A stretch of 64,000 bases of DNA from Polyangiaceae bacterium (GTDB lineage Bacteria; Myxococcota_A; Polyangia; Polyangiales; Polyangiaceae): contig JANRKO010000023.1 of NCBI GenBank assembly GCA_033763455.1, positions 160,001 through 224,000 on the forward strand, written 5' to 3'. Positions 59,784 to 64,000 of this stretch are shown here, in pieces (the first letter of the stretch is position 1; every line of letters begins with the position of its first letter). The position numbers were made by a program, and so were the translations under genes. The notes beneath the pieces are model-generated. The model was not told the origin of the DNA and searched no databases. It was given only the letters and a program-made list of their open reading frames with translations.

Positions 59784-61463
59784 ATGTCCACAGCCGATCG
59801 GGGGCCTCGCCGAGGTCCAGATTACGTCCGCATTTTCGACACCACCCTGCGCGACGGGGAGCAATCCCCAGGTGCGACGCTTACCTCTGACGAAAAGCTT
59901 GAGGTAGCGCGCGCACTTTCACGCCTCGGTGTCGATGTGATTGAGGCAGGCTTTCCCGCCGCCTCCCCGGACGATCTCGGCGCCGTTTCGCAAATTGCGA
60001 AAACGGTCGGTGCGGAGCCCGTGCTTGGGCGCCCCTCCACCGAGCCCCCGATCATCTGTGCCCTCGCCCGTGCCACGGAAAAGGATATTGATAAGGCCGC
60101 AGAGGGCGTTTCTGCCGCCAAATGGCCTCGAATCCACCTTTTTCTGGCTACCTCGCCTATTCACCGCGAGCACAAGCTGCGCATGACGCAGGCTCAGGTT
60201 CTCGACAAAACTCGTAAGATGGTCGCGTACGCTAAAGCTCGCTGCGCGGACGTTGAGTTCAGCCCTGAAGATGCAGGGCGCACCGAGCCTGAGTTTCTGT
60301 ACGAGGTGCTCACTGCCGCCATCGAAGCGGGCGCTACCACGCTCAATATTCCAGACACGGTGGGCTACACCGTTCCCGAAGAATTCGGCGCGCTCATCGC
60401 AGGCATCATGGCCAATGTGAAGGGCATCGAGAATGTCATCGTCTCAGTGCATTGCCACAATGATCTCGGCCTCGCCGTCGCGAACAGCCTCGCCGGGATC
60501 TCAGCCGGAGCACGCCAAGCGGAGGTTACGATCAACGGTATTGGCGAACGCGCCGGCAACACCGCTCTCGAAGAAGTGGTGATGACCCTCCAGACGCGCC
60601 ACCCTCGCTTCAAGCTGACCACCGGTATTGATACCACCCAACTCACCCGCACGAGCCGCCTGGTGAGCACGCGCACCGGCATTGTTGTTCAGCCCAACAA
60701 GGCGATTGTGGGTGCCAACGCGTTTGCTCATGAATCCGGCATCCACCAAGATGGCATGCTCAAGCACGAGGAAACCTACGAAATTATGCGCCCCGAGGCC
60801 GTCGGTGCCAGCAAGACACTCTTGGTGCTCGGCAAACACTCAGGAAGGCACGGGTTCGCGGTGCGGTTGAAAGAGCTGGGCTTCCCCTTGGAGGGTGAGC
60901 CGCTCGACAAGGCTTTTGAACGCTTCAAGGTACTCGCTGATAAGAAGAAGCGCATTACCGATGCGGACTTGGAGGCGCTCGCCGCTTCCGAGATGGGACG
61001 AGGTCAGGAGCGTTTCTCGCTTTTGGGATTGCAGGTAACCTGTGGCAACCCTGGAATGGCCACGGCTACCGTTCGCATTCAGGGGCCGGACGGCACCGTG
61101 CACACACAAGCGGCAGTGGGTACCGGGCCCGTGCATGCGGCATTCGTCGCGATTGACCTTGTGGTTCAAGCCCCCGCAGAGTTGCTTGAGTATTCGATCA
61201 ACGCCGTTACCGAAGGTATTGATGCACTTGGGGAAGCTGGTGTGCGAGTGCGCGCTGGAGCTCCTGGTACGGTGAATCCCCAACATGGGCACGGGCACCC
61301 TTCGGTGGTTCACGGGCACGCCGCAGACGGCGATGTGCTCATGGCGAGCGCCAAAGCCTACCTTTCCGCGCTCAACCGCGTGCTCGCCATTGCGGCGGAC
61401 CACATGGCGCAGGCTCCGGATTCATCGGGTCGGCGTGAGCAGCCCACCGGCACATCGGATTGA
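59784..61463 (+). CDS. leuA: 2-isopropylmalate synthase
   Basis: [37 protein letters not shown], regulatory GTGPV. Confidence 0.95.
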   Translation: MSTADRGPRRGPDYVRIFDTTLRDGEQSPGATLTSDEKLEVARALSRLGVDVIEAGFPAASPDDLGAVSQIAKTVGAEPVLGRPSTEPPIICALARATEKDIDKAAEGVSAAKWPRIHLFLATSPIHREHKLRMTQAQVLDKTRKMVAYAKARCADVEFSPEDAGRTEPEFLYEVLTAAIEAGATTLNIPDTVGYTVPEEFGALIAGIMANVKGIENVIVSVHCHNDLGLAVANSLAGISAGARQAEVTINGIGERAGNTALEEVVMTLQTRHPRFKLTTGIDTTQLTRTSRLVSTRTGIVVQPNKAIVGANAFAHESGIHQDGMLKHEETYEIMRPEAVGASKTLLVLGKHSGRHGFAVRLKELGFPLEGEPLDKAFERFKVLADKKKRITDADLEALAASEMGRGQERFSLLGLQVTCGNPGMATATVRIQGPDGTVHTQAAVGTGPVHAAFVAIDLVVQAPAELLEYSINAVTEGIDALGEAGVRVRAGAPGTVNPQHGHGHPSVVHGHAADGDVLMASAKAYLSALNRVLAIAADHMAQAPDSSGRREQPTGTSD

Positions 61464-61470
61464 CGGCGCC

Positions 61471-63105
61471 ATGCCAGCCCAGCCCGTTAAGATCTACGAC
61501 ACGACCCTGCGCGACGGCACCCAGCGCGAGGGCATCTCGTATACCGTGCTCGACAAGCTTCGAATCGCTAAGCGCTTGGATGCCTTTGGCGTCTCTTACA
61601 TTGAAGGCGGCTGGCCGGGCTCCAATCCGCGAGACGCGGAATTTTTTCAACGCGCCCGCGAGGAAAGCTTCAGCCACGCCAAGCTCACCGCCTTTGGCAT
61701 GACACGGCGCGCGGCGAACGCACCCGAAAATGACCCCAATCTTCTCGCATTGCTCGAAGCCGGGAGCCCCGTGTGCACCCTCTTTGGCAAGAGCTGGACG
61801 CTTCACGTCACCGAAGTTCTACGAACATCGCTCGACCAGAATCTGGTGATGATCGAAGATTCGGTGAATTTTCTGAAAACTTCGGGGCGTGAAGTTATCT
61901 ACGATGCCGAGCATTTCTTCGATGGCTACGCGGCCGATCCAGCCTACGCGCTCGAAACGCTCAAAGCTGCGGCTCGCGGCGGAGCAACCTGCCTCGTGCT
62001 GTGCGATACAAATGGCGGCACGCTACCGTGGCGCATCGAAGAGGTAGTGCGCACGGTTGTCGGTGAGTTCCAAGTGGCCATCGGCATCCACGCGCACAAC
62101 GACACGGGCTGTGGCGTTGCCAACAGCCTGGCTGCCGTGCGTGCGGGAGCCTCCCAGGTTCAAGGCACCATCAACGGCTACGGCGAACGCTGCGGCAATG
62201 CCAACCTCACGAGCATCATTGCCAACCTCGAACTCAAGCTTGGCATATCGTGCATCCCCGCCGGGAAAGTCCGCGAATTGAACGATCTCTCGCGTTTCGT
62301 CGCCGACGTTGCCAACCTCGCCTTCGACGAACACGCTCCCTACGTTGGGTACAGCGCGTTTGCCCACAAAGGAGGCGTACACGTGGCCGCCATGCGTCGC
62401 CACGCCGACAGCTACCAGCACATTCAGCCGGAGCTCGTGGGCAACAGCATGCGCGTCGTCGTAAGTGAGCTTTCCGGCAAAGGGAACATTCTGAGCAAAG
62501 CTGAAGAGCTCGGTGTTCAAGTAAGAGATGGCGGAGAATCCGAAGCGCTCCAGGAGATCAAAGAAGCAGAAGCTCGCGGGCTGTCTTTCGAAAGCGCTGA
62601 AGCCTCACTCTCACTCCTCTTAAAGCGCCGCGAAGCTGACTATCGACCGTTGTTTTCGGTGCTCGACTACCACGTGATGGTGGGTCGACGTGAAAGCTCG
62701 CCGGAGATCTTTGCCGAAGCCACTGTGAAGGTTCGCGTAAAGGGGAACGTGGTTCACACGGCTGGCGCTGGGAATGGACCCGTGAGCGCACTTTCGGACG
62801 CTCTGTTGAAAGCACTAACGCCCGTATTCCCCGAGGTCTCAGAGGTCCACCTAGCGGACTACAAGGTGCGGATCCTCGATAGCAACGCCGGCACCGAAGC
62901 TATCACGCGCGTCCTCATCGACAGCCGCGATGCCCGGGGCGGATTCAGCACCGTGGGAGCCTCCCCGAACATTATCGACGCCTCTTTAGGAGCACTGGTA
63001 GACAGCCTAGAGTTTTACTTACTAAGAAACGCCCCCAGCGCCGAGAGCTCTGCTTTCTCGGCCAGCCCCGCCCGCACACACACACAAGAACTGGAAGCAC
63101 CATGA
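61471..63105 (+). CDS. cimA: Citramalate synthase
   Basis: DTTLRDGTQREG, IEGGWPGSNP, GKSWTLHV, YDAEHFFDG, AHKGGVH, DYKVRI. ATG at 61471. Confidence 0.9.
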   Translation: MPAQPVKIYDTTLRDGTQREGISYTVLDKLRIAKRLDAFGVSYIEGGWPGSNPRDAEFFQRAREESFSHAKLTAFGMTRRAANAPENDPNLLALLEAGSPVCTLFGKSWTLHVTEVLRTSLDQNLVMIEDSVNFLKTSGREVIYDAEHFFDGYAADPAYALETLKAAARGGATCLVLCDTNGGTLPWRIEEVVRTVVGEFQVAIGIHAHNDTGCGVANSLAAVRAGASQVQGTINGYGERCGNANLTSIIANLELKLGISCIPAGKVRELNDLSRFVADVANLAFDEHAPYVGYSAFAHKGGVHVAAMRRHADSYQHIQPELVGNSMRVVVSELSGKGNILSKAEELGVQVRDGGESEALQEIKEAEARGLSFESAEASLSLLLKRREADYRPLFSVLDYHVMVGRRESSPEIFAEATVKVRVKGNVVHTAGAGNGPVSALSDALLKALTPVFPEVSEVHLADYKVRILDSNAGTEAITRVLIDSRDARGGFSTVGASPNIIDASLGALVDSLEFYLLRNAPSAESSAFSASPARTHTQELEAP

Positions 63106-64000
63106 AAGCCAAAATTGTACTTCTGCCAGGAGATGGCATCGGTCCAGAAATCGTCGACCAAACGCGGCAGGTGCTAGAAGCTGTCGCCTCGAAGTACAAC
63201 CACCAGTTCTCTTTTGAATCGCACCTCATTGGGGGCATTGCAATCGACGAAATCAAAGAGCCTTTGGCTGATTCTACGGTCGACGCGTGCAAAGCCGCCG
63301 ATGCCGTATTGCTCGGAGCGGTCGGTGGCCCCAAGTGGGATGCGCCCGATGCCAAAGTGCGCCCCGAGCAAGGGCTCTTGAAGATCCGCCGAGGTCTTGG
63401 CCTTTATGCCAACGTCCGCCCCGTCAAAAGTTACCCGGAGCTCATCTCGGCTTCGCCACTTAAGGCAGATAGGGTGAACAACGTGGACCTCGTCGTGCTC
63501 CGCGAGCTCACGGGCGGTCTCTACTTCGGCAAACCCCAGTTTCGCGAGCAAACCCCCACAGGGTGGCGCGCCGTCGACACGATGGAATACAGCGAGCACG
63601 AGATCCGCCGCATTCTAAAGCTCGGCTTTCAGCTGGCCCGCGGCCGCTCACGAAGGCTCACCAGCATCGATAAGGCGAATGTCTTAGAATCATCACGGCT
63701 CTGGCGTCAGATTGCGATCGAGCTCGGCAAGGAAAACCCGGACATTGCGCTCGAACACCAGTTGGTGGATTCAGCTGCGATGCGCCTGGTTACGAATCCT
63801 TCCGCTTTCGACGTTCTGGTGACCGAAAATATGTTCGGCGATATCCTTTCGGACGAAGCCGCCGTGCTTACGGGCTCTTTGGGAATGTTGCCCAGCGCTT
63901 CGCTTGGCGAAGGCAAGCTCGGTCTGTTCGAGCCAATTCACGGGTCCGCACCGGATATCGCAGGCAAAGGCATCGCGAACCCGCTGGGCACAATTCTGAG
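63102..64000 (+). CDS. leuB: 3-isopropylmalate dehydrogenase (truncated by the window end)
   Basis: Translated by hand from ATG 63102: MKAKIVLLPGDGIGPE, LGAVGGPKWD, RELTGGLYFG, DKANVL, NMFGDILSDEA, EPIHGSAPDIAG. Absent from the ORF track because there is no stop in the window. Confidence 0.97.
   Translation, partial: MKAKIVLLPGDGIGPEIVDQTRQVLEAVASKYNHQFSFESHLIGGIAIDEIKEPLADSTVDACKAADAVLLGAVGGPKWDAPDAKVRPEQGLLKIRRGLGLYANVRPVKSYPELISASPLKADRVNNVDLVVLRELTGGLYFGKPQFREQTPTGWRAVDTMEYSEHEIRRILKLGFQLARGRSRRLTSIDKANVLESSRLWRQIAIELGKENPDIALEHQLVDSAAMRLVTNPSAFDVLVTENMFGDILSDEAAVLTGSLGMLPSASLGEGKLGLFEPIHGSAPDIAGKGIANPLGTIL

Noticed and set aside
61285..61470. Extended cimA N-terminus overlapping leuA
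   Set aside because: The homologous region begins at ATG 61471; the upstream part lies within leuA in another frame.

Overview
A gene-dense, GC-rich chromosomal segment (about 60% GC by eye). It is most likely from a myxobacterium (Myxococcota, Polyangia-like); this is inferred from five Hanks-type Ser/Thr kinases, four TPR(-PEGA) proteins, an FGE/SUMF1 lipoprotein and several Gly-rich lipoproteins. The housekeeping blocks are zwf-pgi-gnd (29.6-34.2 kb) and ilvB-ilvN-ilvC-leuA-cimA-leuB (56.4 kb to the window end, leuB truncated). I found no mobile element, CRISPR array, rRNA or tRNA. The main signals not in the ORF track are: (1) a Pho-box-like direct repeat with 11-bp period (GTCAC-N6-GTCAC) in up to five intergenic or upstream positions of a 13.5-kb island encoding an extracellular nuclease, a CBS-domain histidine kinase with a receiver, a GH3-GMC oxidoreductase operon, a propeller-like protein and two paralogous beta-helix lipoproteins; (2) an unannotated 44-codon Val/Leu/Ile-rich leader peptide with terminator and antiterminator ahead of ilvB; (3) a recurring module of a kinase (or a kinase-less mimic) plus TPR-PEGA proteins with aromatic C-termini; (4) three paralogous small, putative DNA-binding proteins. 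All functional calls come from motifs read by eye; no database searches were run. Start codons were adjusted by judgement where noted.
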